A stretch of DNA of 64,000 bases from Nemertoderma westbladi (taxonomy: Eukaryota > Animalia > Xenacoelomorpha). The stretch's first letter is position 1; the number at the start of each line of letters is the position of its first letter. The DNA lies in contig JAUCBJ010004498.1 in assembly GCA_032718475.1 (NCBI GenBank), positions 1 through 64,000 of the forward strand. The letters run 5' to 3'. Below, piece after piece: positions 13,401-25,779 of the stretch. The notes beneath the pieces are model-generated. The model worked only from the letters and a program-made list of their open reading frames with translations. It was not told the DNA's origin and ran no database searches. Made by a program: the position numbers and the translations under genes.

Positions 13401-16400
13401 CGGTTCGAGCGCACCCTTCCTGCCAGGTCCCGTTCGAGCATACACTGCCTACCAGGCCCCGTTTGAGCACACCCTGACTTCCAGGCCCCGTTCGAGCACA
13501 CACTGCCTACCAGGCCCCGTTCGAGCACACACTGCCTACCAGGCCCCGTTCGAGCACACACTGCTTACCAGGCCCGGTTCGAGCGCACCCTGACTGCCAG
13601 GCCCCGTTCGAGCACACACTGCCTACCAGGCCCCGTTCGAGCACACCCTGACTGCCAAGCCCCGTTCGAGTACACACTGCCTACCAGGCCCGGTTCGAGC
13701 ACACCCTGACTGCCAGGCCCTGTTCGAGTGCACCCTTCCTGCCAGGTCCCGTTCGAGCACACACTGCCTACCAGGCCCCGTTTGAGCATACCCTACCTGT
13801 CAGGCACCGTTTGCCAGCCCGCCAGACTCAATTTGAGCACACCCCGCCTACCAGGCCACGTTCGAGCACACCCTGCAGGCTAGGCCCCATTTGAGCATAC
13901 CCTGCCCGCCAGGCTCCGTTTGAGCACACCCTGCCTACCAGGCCACGTTCGAGCACAGCCTGCATGCCAGGCCCCGTTTGAGCATACCCTGCCTGCCTGG
14001 CTCCGTTTGAGCACACTATGCTGCCAGGCCCAGTTTGAGCATACCCTGCCTGCCAGGCCCTGTTTGAGCATACTCCGCCTGCCAGGCTCCGTTTGAGCAT
14101 ATCCTGTCTGTCAGGCCTCGTTTAAGCATACCCTTCCCGCCCGGCTCCGTTTGAGCATACCCTGCCTGCCAGGCCCCGTTTGAGCATATCCTGCCTGCCA
14201 GGCTCCGTTTGAGTATTCCCTTCCTGCCAGGCCCCGTTTGAGCATACCCTGCCCGCCAGGCTCCGTTTGAGCATACCCTGCCTACCAGGCCACGTTCGAG
14301 CACACCCCGCCTACCAGGCCACGTTCGAGCACACCCTGCATGCCAGGCTCCGTTTGAGCATACCCTTCCCGCCAGGCTCCGTTTGAGCACACCCTGCCTA
14401 CCAGGCCACGTTCGAGCACAGCCTGCATGCCAGGCCCTGTTTGAGCATACACTGCCTGTCTGGCTCCTGTTGAGCACACTATGTCTGCCAGACCCAGTTT
14501 GAGCATACCCTTCCTGCAAGGCCCCGTTTGAGTATACTCTGCCTGCCAGGCTCCGTTTGAGCAAACTCTGCCTGCCAGGCTCCGTTTGAGCATACCCTTC
14601 CCGCCAGGCTCCGTTTGAGCACACCCTGCCTACCAGGCCACGTTCGAGCACAGCCTGCATGCCAGGCACTGTTTGAGCATACTCTGCCTGTCTGGCTCCG
14701 TTTGAGCACACTATGTCTGCCAGGCCCAGTTTGAGCATACACTGCCTGTCTGGCTCCGTTTGAGCACACTATGTCTGCCAGGCCCAGTTTGAGCATACCC
14801 TTCCTGCAAGGCCCCGTTTGAGAATACTCTGCCTGCCAGGCTCCGTTTGAGCAAACTCTGCCTGCCAGGCTCCGTTTGAGCAAACTCTGCCTGCCAGGAA
14901 CCGTTTGAGCATACCCTGCATGCCAGGCCCCGTTTGAGCATACTCTGCCTGTCTGGCTCCGTTTGAGCACACTATGTCTGCCAGGCCCAGTTTGAGCATA
15001 CACTGCCTGTCTGGCTCCGTTTGAGCACACTATGTCTGCCAGGCCCAGTTTGAGCATACCCTTCCTGCAAGGCCCCGTTTGAGAATACTCTGCCTGCCAG
15101 GCTCCGTTTGAGCAAACTCTGCCTGCCAGGCTCCGTTTGAGCAAACTCTGCCTGTCTGGCTCCGTTTGAGCACACTATGTCTGCCAGACCCAGTTTGAGC
15201 ATACCCTTCCTGCAAGGCCCCGTTTGAGTATACTCTGCCTGCCAGGCTCCGTTTGAGCAAACTCTGCCTGCCAGGCTCCGTTTGAGCATACCCTTCCCGC
15301 CAGGCTGCGTTTGAGCATACCCTTCCCGCCAGGCTCCGTTTGAGCACACCCTGCCTACCAGGCCACGTTCGAGCACAGCCTGCATGCCAGGCCCTGTTTG
15401 AGCATACACTGCCTGTCTGGCTCCGTTTGAGCACACTATGTCTGCCAGACCCAGTTTGAGCATACCCTTCCTGCAAGGCCCCGTTTGAGTATACTCTGCC
15501 TGCCAGGCTCCGTTTGAGCAAACTCTGCCTGCCAGGCTCCGTTTGAGCATACCCTTCCCGCCAGGCTCCGTTTGAGCACACCCTGCCTACCAGGCCACGT
15601 TCGAGCACAGCCTGCATGCCAGGCACTGTTTGAGCATACTCTGCCTGTCTGGCTCCGTTTGAGCACACTATGTCTGCCAGGCCCAGTTTGAGCATACACT
15701 GCCTGTCTGGCTCCGTTTGAGCACACTATGTCTGCCAGGCCCAGTTTGAGCATACCCTTCCTGCAAGGCCCCGTTTGAGAATACTCTGCCTGCCAGGCTC
15801 CGTTTGAGCAAACTCTGCCTGCCAGGCTCCGTTTGAGCAAACTCTGCCTGCCAGGATCCGTTTGAGCATACCCTGCATGCCAGGCCCCGTTTGAGCATAC
15901 ACTGCCTGTCTGCTCCGTTTGAGCACACTATGTCTGCCAGGCCCAGTTTGAGCATACCCTTCCTGGCAGGCTCCGTTTGAGCATACCCTGCCTGCCAGGC
16001 TCCGTTTGAGCATACCCTGCCTACCAGGCCACGTTCGAGCACACCTTGCATGCCAGGCTCCGTTTGAGCATACCCTTCCCGCCAGGCTCCGTTTGAGCAC
16101 ACCCTGCCTACCAGGCCACGTTCGAGCACAGCCTGAATGCCAGGCCCCGTTTGAGCATACCCTGCCCGCTAGGCTCCGTTTGAGCACACCCTGCCTACCA
16201 GGCCACGTTCGAGACAGCCTGCATGTCAGGCCCCGTTTGAGCATACACTGCCTGCCTGTCTCCGTTTGAGCACACTATGTCTGCCAGGCCCAGTTTAGGC
16301 ATACCCTTCCTGCCAGGCCCCGTTTGAGTATACTCTGCCTGCCAGGCTCCGTTTGAACATACCCTGTCTGCCAGGCCCCGTCTGAGAATACCCTGCCTGC

Positions 16401-16820
16401 CAGGCTCTGTTTGAGCATACCCTGCCCGCCAGGCTCCATTTGAGCACACCCCGCCTACCAGGCCACGTTCGAGCACACCCTGCATGCCAGGCCCCGTTTG
16501 AGCATACCCTGCCCGCTAGGCTCCGTTTGAGCACACCCTGCCTACCAGGCCACGTTCGAGACAGCCTGCATGTCAGGCCCCGTTTGAGCATACACTGCCT
16601 GCCTGTCTCCGTTTGAGCACACTATGTCTGCCAGGCCCAGTTTGAGCATACCCTGCCTGCCAGGCCCCGTTTGAGCATACTCTGCCTTCTAGGCTCCGTT
16701 TGGGCATACCCTGCCCGCCAGGCTCTGTTTGAGCATACTCTGCCTGCCAGGCTCCGTTTGAGCATATCCTGCCTGCCAGGCCCCGTTCGAGCACACTCCG
16801 CCTGCCATGCCCGGTTCGTG
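10478..16820. repeat. 29-bp GC-rich satellite (ccaggccccgtt(t/c)gagca(t/c)accctgcctg), about 215 diverged units with block duplications
   Basis: Unit read directly; ORF track shows block repeats offset by ~1.1 kb (12463/13565, 12733/13828) and 957 bp (14479/15436). Confidence 0.97.
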
Positions 16821-17547
16821 CAGCCACAACCTGCAGCGAAGGATATACGCGAAACAGGTTAGAGTTAACGATAAAATAATTAATTCAATATTTCAAAATA
16901 ATATGCCACAAAACCAAATCGGAATCCAAGCACTCGCATTCGACGTAACAATTAGTACCTGTTTGTTAGTTAGCTACCGGTAAATTTTTTTGGAGTTAAA
17001 TAAATATTGAAATTTTGCAACTGACCAAAAATATAATATCACATCATCACAAATAATTTTCACCTTTTCACAAATTTAAACCTCTTTTACACAAAACTAT
17101 GAAGAATAATATATATTAAATTATATTTTATAGACTATTTGTAATACTCACGTTTTACAATTTGCACTTAAAACCTTGAAACATAGTGTGAGTATTTATT
17201 TGATGAACAACTGAATGCTTTGGTTACCTGTGTAGGAGGTTATAGGCTCCATACGTAATAATTGATATTTAAAAATAGTAATAAAAAACACTGTTTATGT
17301 TGTCTGAATGACTTTAAATTATTTAATAAATATTTAAGTTGTGGCAAAACGATTAACTGTGTTTTCTTCAATTTTGTGAAATAACCGAATTAGTAAAAAT
17401 ACTGTAGGTGATGTAGGTTGAATACAGAATATAATTAAAATATTGTATTTTTTATACAAACTTGTTATCGAGTTCGACAAAAAAGCGTGACTTTCATAAA
17501 ATAAAATAAGAATAAAGCAAAAAATAAATACTTAAGGTCTATAATTA

Positions 17548-18750
17548 TTACATGAGGTAGTGGTCTTTATAACCAACTATATTAATATTAACAGCTTTGC
17601 GAAATCCACTCACAAAAACGTACATCAAATAAAAGTTAACCCCATATACAACAAGCGAAGTATTACCAACAATAGAAATATAAATGTTTAAAAATCTAAT
17701 CTCCATCTCATAAGTTACCTCTGCCAAAGTTGACATTGGATTCAGGTTGTCTTGTAAATGAGAACAATAAATATTTATTATATCAAATATGACATAGAAC
17801 ATATTTTGCACCGCAGTTAATGTTCCCGTAATTAACATCATTTTAATTGCACAATCTATTTTTCCCCTTGCTATTATTCTATTGGAATTTAATTTAGAAA
17901 CTGTTTTAAATTTCCATAATATAAGAATATTTGTAACGAATACTCCTAATACAACTTGCAGTATATGTCTTATAACGCTAAATGTATCCAACATTTCCAG
18001 AGCCCTAAATATGTGAATACTATTATATCTCCAGTAGTCAAAAATTGCGATATATTGAGGTTCTCCATCTGTATCAATAACTTCACCTTTATACATAAAC
18101 AGGTACGGCCAATACATAGATGCACTGTAAATACCAAGAATTATTACAATCACATAAATAATTTTGGGGTTTTTTAATTCTGTATTAACAAACCATATCG
18201 GAAAATATAATGCTACAATTCTTTCTAAACCCATCATCAGAGCCAATAGCATCGCAGCATATTGTGGTATCCAAGCAAGAATTTGCCAATACATGTGAAA
18301 TAACCAATAGATTTGATTGTGGCATTTATAAACAATCAAATAATTACCATTAATGTCTATATTTGTGGCTGGATATTCGGCCCACCAATAAAATTTACTA
18401 CCGTGTGCCAGAATTTGGCCGAGGCATACCAAAGATTCCAGAACGGAGTCTACCATTAACATTCGATAAAATAAGGTATCAAATGACTTCTCCAACACAA
18501 TAGTTGCTATAGTAATTATATGACCAATAATCCCCAATATTACATAAGTAGCAACGAAAGGTGTGTGAAAATACTCAAATCCGTTCCTGAAACTATTCAA
18601 CTGATCTTCTTGGCTTTTATATATGTTATTATATTCGGATTTAAGAATGGTCTTGTAATATTCATGATATATGTTATCTGAGACGTTTGGAATTTTTTCC
18701 ATATGCCAAGTCTCCCATGTTCCATCAAAACTACTGATAAGATAATCCAT
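17548..18750 (-). CDS. Intronless class A (rhodopsin-like) GPCR, divergent peptide-receptor/chemoreceptor-like
   Basis: 400 aa ORF with seven hydrophobic segments; TM3 end GLERIVALYFP (E/DRY-like); TM7 NFYLMY followed by helix-8-like SGFRKAV. Confidence 0.88.
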   Translation of the reverse strand: MDYLISSFDGTWETWHMEKIPNVSDNIYHEYYKTILKSEYNNIYKSQEDQLNSFRNGFEYFHTPFVATYVILGIIGHIITIATIVLEKSFDTLFYRMLMVDSVLESLVCLGQILAHGSKFYWWAEYPATNIDINGNYLIVYKCHNQIYWLFHMYWQILAWIPQYAAMLLALMMGLERIVALYFPIWFVNTELKNPKIIYVIVIILGIYSASMYWPYLFMYKGEVIDTDGEPQYIAIFDYWRYNSIHIFRALEMLDTFSVIRHILQVVLGVFVTNILILWKFKTVSKLNSNRIIARGKIDCAIKMMLITGTLTAVQNMFYVIFDIINIYCSHLQDNLNPMSTLAEVTYEMEIRFLNIYISIVGNTSLVVYGVNFYLMYVFVSGFRKAVNINIVGYKDHYLM

Positions 18751-20639
18751 AATTTACAATAATTCTAGAACAATGGCAGTCTAACAATAAATTAATTTCA
18801 CATATTATAGCATGATAGAAAATATGCTATGGCATTTATTATAAACTGTGATGTTGTCAAATAAGTGTGAAAAAAACCATGGCAAAAATTGTCCTCAAGT
18901 GAAAAAGTGATCACAAGTGCTAACTGACCGCAAGCAAAATAAAGTGTCGTTTATTGTTTAGGTTAGAAAATTCTGTAATCTGCCCCTTTCTCTTAATGTT
19001 TAAAAAAATGAATTAATTATTTTTAAACCCACTAAACACATTAACGGTCATTTCGCGCCATAATTCGTTATGAGGTATGATGCCCATTTCAATAATTCAG
19101 AAAAGTTCAGTATATTACACATTAAAAGGGGGGGGGGGGGATACACCATTTTGGTCCAAAATATTATGAAATTATTTTTATGATCGATTATACTGCATGC
19201 TTAAATGGTGTTTCCAGATCTGAAAACTGCTATTTAATAGCTCTTTTAGTTTTTTAGTTATAACAATTTCCATTTAGGGAGACCTATTGAAATCACTACG
19301 TATTACAGTACACTACATATGTATAATGAAAGGTCGATTATCTCCAAAAAAAATGTTTATGAAATTAATTGTCAACTTCAAAACCCTACTACTTCTACAA
19401 ATTTGGAGCAATTAGTCTGAAAATTTCTGTGGGTGTCTACATAGCCACCCTGCATAAAAGTATCAGACAACTTTTTTAAATTTACTGGTAATAAAATTTT
19501 ATACTATATATAACAAACCTAAAAAATTAGCATAAATTTGCAGCGCCACCTAGCGGTGCAGAATTATTTTCACTAAATTTCGCCTGATAGTTATGTTGCA
19601 ACATCTTTGATCTATCATACAGTATTTAAAAACTTTCATGTGATTAGATTCAAAACTGTAAAAGCCTTTTTTAAGCACAACCATTTTTTTTTGTTTTTAA
19701 CTAGTATTAACTAATATTAAATAGCGAAAAATGAATCAGCGAGCATCTTGTGAGACTGTTGTGACCTCTGCTTGATCTGTATTCACAGGCGGGCTCCGGC
19801 CCGTAATTAAAAAGTGTGCTCAAGTTTGCATTGATGTGGGGCGAGTCACGAAGTGAACGAAGCCTTAGCATGGGGTACCATTAACTAATTGTCTGTCTTC
19901 GTCCAATTTTTAATCGCTGATAACTGTCATTCATAATTGCTGAAATTAAACCAAACCTGGTACGTATTAACTTGGTACGAAACAATTTTGGAAAGAATCT
20001 GAAGTTTTGTCGAAAATCAAACTGTTTGTCAGTCGGTACCAGTAGTTTCAGACATTTGATAAAAACTGAAATAAGTCGGTCAATCATTGATAAAATTAAA
20101 CAAAACTTGGTAAACATGTGGGTCAGTCAAAGATTTAGAAAGATTCTGAAGATTGGTCAATAATCAGGCAGTCAGTCTGTCGTTACCGGGTGTTTCAGAC
20201 TTTTGATAAAAATCGAAATAAGTCGGCCTATTATTGCTGAAATTAAACCAAACCTTGTACGTATCGTTACAGCTAAAACCAAACCATTCCATTCCTTCCC
20301 GTTTCCCATAGCGGCGGCGGGGGGGGGGGGGGGGGAGGGGGTGGGGGTGGATACTCGCATGTGAAGAATACCAGGATTTCACTTTTCGGTCGACTTTTTA
20401 TTGGAATTTTATATATGAAGATATTTTATTTGTTTAAATATATCTTTATTAAGTGTTTTATAGCGTTTGTTTCTGTCTTATAACCTACTGTATACTAATT
20501 CGTTTATTGTTTTGGTTAGTTTCAGCCCTTCTGTAACCTGTGTTTTTGGTGAAAACCTGGTATTCTTCACATGGAGGCTAACGGCAAAGTGAAATATAAC
20601 GGCAGAAAGTATGGCATTCTTCACATGGGACTGGATACT

Positions 20640-20712
20640 TGGTCAGCCCGGGATCGAACAGGTGATGCTTGAAAGTGCTAATCACATTGTAGGCCTACGA
20701 CCAACGGACCAA
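20640..20712 (-). mobile_element. tRNA-derived SINE fragment
   Basis: Reverse complement has TGGTCCGTTGG (A-box-like) and GTTCGATCCC (B-box); interrupted by gtaggcctac. Confidence 0.4.
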
Positions 20713-21424
20713 CAAGGACTGGTTTTAAGTTTAGACTTGGAAAGACACTTGTTGTTTTTGTGGTCGCACTAGAAACTCGAAAACATCAGAAACAATTGTA
20801 TTAAACGAAATTACAACAATGTGGATCGGATTATTGAAGAATGAGAATATATTATATATTTTTATTTGCATTATGTATGTACATAAATGCAAGTTTATAG
20901 ATTAATGTTATATCACAAAGCGTTTTCCAGTGCCTAACTCGCAATTTAGTCAATATGGCGCACATGTGTTCGCCACAAATTAATTAATAAAAACTCACTA
21001 AGAGCCCATTACACGCAAATAATATCAGTAGATCTCGTACGAGTATCACATGAAATCAAATTAAAAGTTGGTCGCAAGGCTTACAACTCCATAGTAAAGC
21101 TAAAACCATTAACTGTAATTCAAATAATTACCATGTGTTACGATACTTCTTTTTCCCAGGACGTAGTTTACCCATGTTGTTAAACTGTAATAATTTACAA
21201 TTACATAATAAATAACATAAGAAGACAGTCAAAGTCAACTATCCTAAATTACATTATTTTCTATACTTTTCAAACTCAGTCGGGAGGTTCAATTGTTGGA
21301 TGCGTTTTAGCTTGTCAGACCGAAACGTACCAGCATAGGGCCTATACGTTTCTCTCTAATAAATGTGCCATTTAGGGAGTCTTATAACTTTTTGTTGGGC
21401 ACAGTTTTTGCAAAGTCGGTAATG

Positions 21425-21497
21425 ACGTCCAGGTGGGATCGAACTGCTGACCTCTGGGTTGGAAGTCTGACGCTCTAACCATTCAGCTAGCGGCTCA
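21425..21497 (-). mobile_element. tRNA-derived SINE head
   Basis: Reverse complement agccgcTAGCTGAATGGttagagcgtcagac...ggtcagcaGTTCGATCCcacctgg carries A and B boxes; acceptor and anticodon stems pair poorly. Confidence 0.6.
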
Positions 21498-22784
21498 GGT
21501 AAAAGATAGAACTGAAAATACTATCTGATACCTTGTATGTCCGCAATTTACCTCCTCATGGCCTCTCTGCGCCTTGTACTGTATAAACCCATGATCTTTT
21601 AGGAAATATTTCAGTATTTTTCATTATGTGTCGTGTTATTCTTGCTCAATATGAAGTTGTCTTCGACCTCTCCCGAAATTATCTTAATGTTCTCCGCCTA
21701 GCGGTCGGCAGAGGAACTAAAGGCGTTTTGATAGACTGCATGTGTACCACCACCACCTCACGTTTGGTTTTCCTTCACAAAGATATCAACCGACAATGAC
21801 AGACGGTCCACTAATTATATCACTACGCAATCCCCACCCCCTAGACTTCGTGGCTCGCCTCACATATTATTACGTGACTATAAATTACATATACTGTGAT
21901 GTTATACATAGATATAAATAGGCGAAAATAATAGTGGAATTCGATATATATTGAAGAATATGCGTCCTTCTGGAATGGATATCCTACTAAAGAAAAGCTG
22001 TTCATCGTTATAACTTATATAACGTATATAATATGTCATATATTATAATTTATGTATTGATAATAGGCAAAAATTAAAATGAATATAAAAAATAATAATA
22101 AATACTATTTGCTGTAATGTAATAAAAATACAATTTACTTTATGTCTTATAAACTAAAACTTTATACCTGTAGGACCAGAGGCGTACCGAGGTTTCTGGC
22201 GCCCTGTAAACAAGCATTGATTCTGCCCCCCCCCCCCCCCCCATTTAAAAAAAAGTATATATTCACAAAATTCATAAAATGCAGATTTTTTTAAAACTTA
22301 AAACATAATTATAATTGCAGAAAAATATATACATAAATATAAAACACATCTTGAAACAGCAACAAATATTATTACATTAATAAAATATTGTTTACTACCG
22401 TGGAATTACAAAAATAATGGCTTCCGGTTATGATATATAGCCACCCCTCCAAATCATAATTTGGTGCCCTTCACAAATCGGCGCCATGTGAAACTTGTCC
22501 CCCCTAACCCAACCAAGGCATGCAAAATAAATGTAAAGTTCATTACTGTGTTATGCTATAGTAGATTATAGACGGTTTCATTAGCGGAACTAAAACAATG
22601 CTTTATAAAGTACTGCTATTTAATGTACAGTATATGAATTTGTGGCGGTATTTTTAAGAAAGGGAACTTAAAGTAAATAGATAGTCCTGAGTGAAACGTG
22701 TTTATAGTCCAGAGTGAAACGTGTTCATAGTTTTCGCAATTTTTAGTGGTTCAAAAGTTGGTTAAATATTATTGTATGAGGGAA

Positions 22785-22912
22785 TATATATATATAATAT
22801 ATAATATACAGTATATATATATATAATATATAGTATATATATATATAATATACAGTATATATATATATAATATATAATATACAGTATATATACATATAAT
22901 ATATAATATATG
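22785..22912. repeat. TA-rich microsatellite/minisatellite
   Basis: (tata)n with recurring ataatatacag. Confidence 0.85.
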
Positions 22913-23567
22913 AGGTCATATTGTCATAATCTGTTATTTTGTCAAAGAAAAGATTAACCTACGCTCTGCTATGCTGTAACTGCATACCTGTGCTTTATAG
23001 CTTAGTACTAAAATATTACTTATTTGTACCGTAGTTGTAGGCCTACTTCACATTGTTGTTGTTAAAGATGGAAGCCTTGAAGTGAAGGCCATTATGATTG
23101 CAGATTAGTGTTTTATAATTTTTGGGATAAAAATAATATAATAAAATAATTTTAATAAAATAATGTACCGGTAATTTTTTTGAAATTTTGAAAAAAAAAT
23201 AAAAATTTTGAAAAAAAATATTAAAGAAATAGGCCTAGAATTTAGAATTTTTGAAATTTCTAAATTTTTCATGTCATTTCAAAAACAATTTCTTGAAACC
23301 TTGAAAATTGAAAAAATAATTTCAATTATATAACAACCCTACAACTTTGGTGGGCAGGTAATAACTGCAACTTTTCGCTCAAAAATTTGTATGCTCGTCT
23401 TTTGAGCACCACAGACGCCGTCTAAATCTCAAAATCGACGAAATAACTCCAAGGTCCCTTTCTAGGAATACCGCCACATTTGTTTGAATGATACAGATTG
23501 TACAAGGTAAGCCCGAATACCTATGGGTGCTACTGGAGTTGTACTAATATTAGTTAGTAGTAGAGAA

Positions 23568-23975
23568 CTAGTATTGTTCCTTGACAACTAAAAGGCCTAA
23601 CAATCCGATACAAATGATAGGCGGTAGCGGAATCTCGCCGTTTAAGTACATCACCGGAACGGCGCATACCATGAGGAAGATTAACGAGTACACAGCTAGC
23701 AGACGGGTGGAGCGGACAGCCGCTATCATAAGTAAACCAGCAATGAAGTCCCAGACACCGGTGAGCGTCATGAAGAACAGACCGGTAGGACGGTACAGGC
23801 CCAGTAGAGCAGTAGGGAACGCCCATTTGTACGCCTCGAAGGCGGACAGTAGTTGGTAGTAAATGTGGCCGGGTGCCCCGCCCAGCTTCGCTACTCCTAT
23901 CAGCGCGTACATCCCCGCTAACGCGTACCGTAAATACCGCCAATAAGTATTGTTCCTGTTGTATTTAGGTATCAT
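23568..23975 (-). CDS. TMEM35/DoxX-family small membrane protein (NACHO-like)
   Basis: 135 aa intronless GC-rich ORF with about four TM helices; motifs GVAKL, GVWDFIAGLLM and LMVCAV...GE resemble TMEM35/DoxX proteins. Confidence 0.72.
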   Translation of the reverse strand: MIPKYNRNNTYWRYLRYALAGMYALIGVAKLGGAPGHIYYQLLSAFEAYKWAFPTALLGLYRPTGLFFMTLTGVWDFIAGLLMIAAVRSTRLLAVYSLIFLMVCAVPVMYLNGEIPLPPIICIGLLGLLVVKEQY

Positions 23976-24761
23976 TATTGAGGATATATAATATAATTTA
24001 AATATAGGCCTACTACTGTCTGTGTATAATCAATAATATAACAGATTACTATTTTGAATACAAACTCACACTAATTAATTATTCTCTAGGCTATATAATT
24101 AACCCTTTTGCCACATTGGCTCTTACTTTTTTCTGGATCCTGGCACCACCACCAATAATTACTACTAATACTAACTACTAACTACTAATAGTTACAACAA
24201 GATAAAATTGTAGTTACAGTAGTATGGTTTATGGTACCGGTATAATATCATTCTAATTACCTTATTTGTTGTACCGGTAGAATTGAATTTATACATTTCT
24301 TACCATACCACAGGCCTATGCCATACCACATACCAAGGCATTATTTAATACACAGGATAACCTAACCTGCAAACCCCCATTTATTCGCCCAATTATAAGC
24401 TCCCAATGCCTGACACCAACAATGACTTAATGTATTACTACAAACTTATGCTGTTATGTGTACAGTACATGTCAGTGTCAGTACTGGTAGCTAGCGCTAA
24501 CCAGTTCATCAATTTATTTAGTCCAGCAAGCAGGTGTCAAGGGAAAGTGGTTGAAACTTCCTCATTTATCCATTTCTGAACAAAATTATATCAATAATAT
24601 AGGAGCTTTTTGAAGGTCTACACCCGCAGACAGGTTGAAAATTTTATAAGATTTTCGCGAGCTTCCTGGGCCAATAGGCCCCTTCTTCAGGTAGATTGAA
24701 TTATATTAACATAATATAGCTGTATAGGTATAGGTGGTTACACCAGTAGTAAAGCACCAAC

Positions 24762-24810
24762 CATGGCCTACTACTGTATATATATATATATAGTACAGTA
24801 GTAGGCCATG
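24762..24810. mobile_element. 49-bp palindromic micro-element with 7-bp direct flanks
   Basis: catggcctactactgta-(ta)n-tacagtagtaggccatg flanked by caccaac at 24755-24761 and 24811-24817. Confidence 0.6.
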
Positions 24811-25779
24811 CACCAACAGATAAAATTCAAATTTCCCTCTATTTTACGTTTGATATGATATTGATATTGATTTATTAGTGATAATATAAATATTAAAGTA
24901 CACATATTAAAAACACACATTATACTTCAAATTAAATATAGATGGTATACATATTAAAAACAAGCAATAATCTTCAAATTGAACATGTTGAACATACGGT
25001 AGTACTTGGCCTGTATAGCGTAGTACTAAAGTACAGTATAGATTATAATTAAACACGGTTTAGATATTGAAATTGATATGTACAATTATTGGCGTACCTC
25101 GTTTCCATGTGGGTCCCCGCAAAGCACTTGGTGTGTGACAAAGGTAGGTCTATAAAATGTGGCAGGAAATTAGAATTGTACAGTAAATAAAATAATATGC
25201 AAAAGGGTAGACATGAGTGTTAAACTTAAAATTACAAAATATATAAAATATAGTGGCTGTACTAGGTTAAAATATAATATAAAAAACGGGACTAATACTG
25301 ACTAGTACTATAAAGGCTGTACTAGGTTAAAATAAGATCTACAATACGGGACTAATACTGCTGTGAATAGTGAAAAGATTGGGTAAAAATGTTTGCAGGG
25401 ATGGTTAGTTACATACTGTACCAGGGCGATGTTTACACAACATGGCGATCATTATTGCAACAGGTTTATCAATAATTACACTCAAAGATCGGTGAATGAC
25501 AGGATGGACAGAACATATGCGAAATCAAATTATGAAGCAGAAAATATATGAGATCAAGACATTAGGAAATGATATGGGGAATAATAACAGGGAGGGTCAA
25601 AGTAGCAAACGCGTTTAACAAAAAATACAAAATCAAATTATAAACATAAAAAATATATATATGAGTGCCCAGTTACAGTAAGATACGAGCACTCCGCATG
25701 CGCCATCGAGTGGCTCTCAACAAGGAACTGGAGTCCGCCGATAGGCTTTGGTGGGGATTTATACCGGCTTCTAAACAAC

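Noticed and set aside
10478-16820. CRISPR-like appearance of regularly spaced 29-bp repeats
   Set aside because: Units are contiguous with no unique spacers, no cas genes are present, and the context is eukaryotic
10534-16862. Dozens of overlapping ORFs in the 29-bp array
   Set aside because: Unit length is not a multiple of 3, ORFs occur in all frames and are broken by stops
21425-21497. Possible tRNA gene
   Set aside because: A and B boxes are present but the stems do not form a proper cloverleaf; better explained as a SINE head
21551-21697. Minus-strand exon-like segment with ag/gt borders
   Set aside because: Stops in all three frames and no recognisable homology; could be a UTR exon but unsupported
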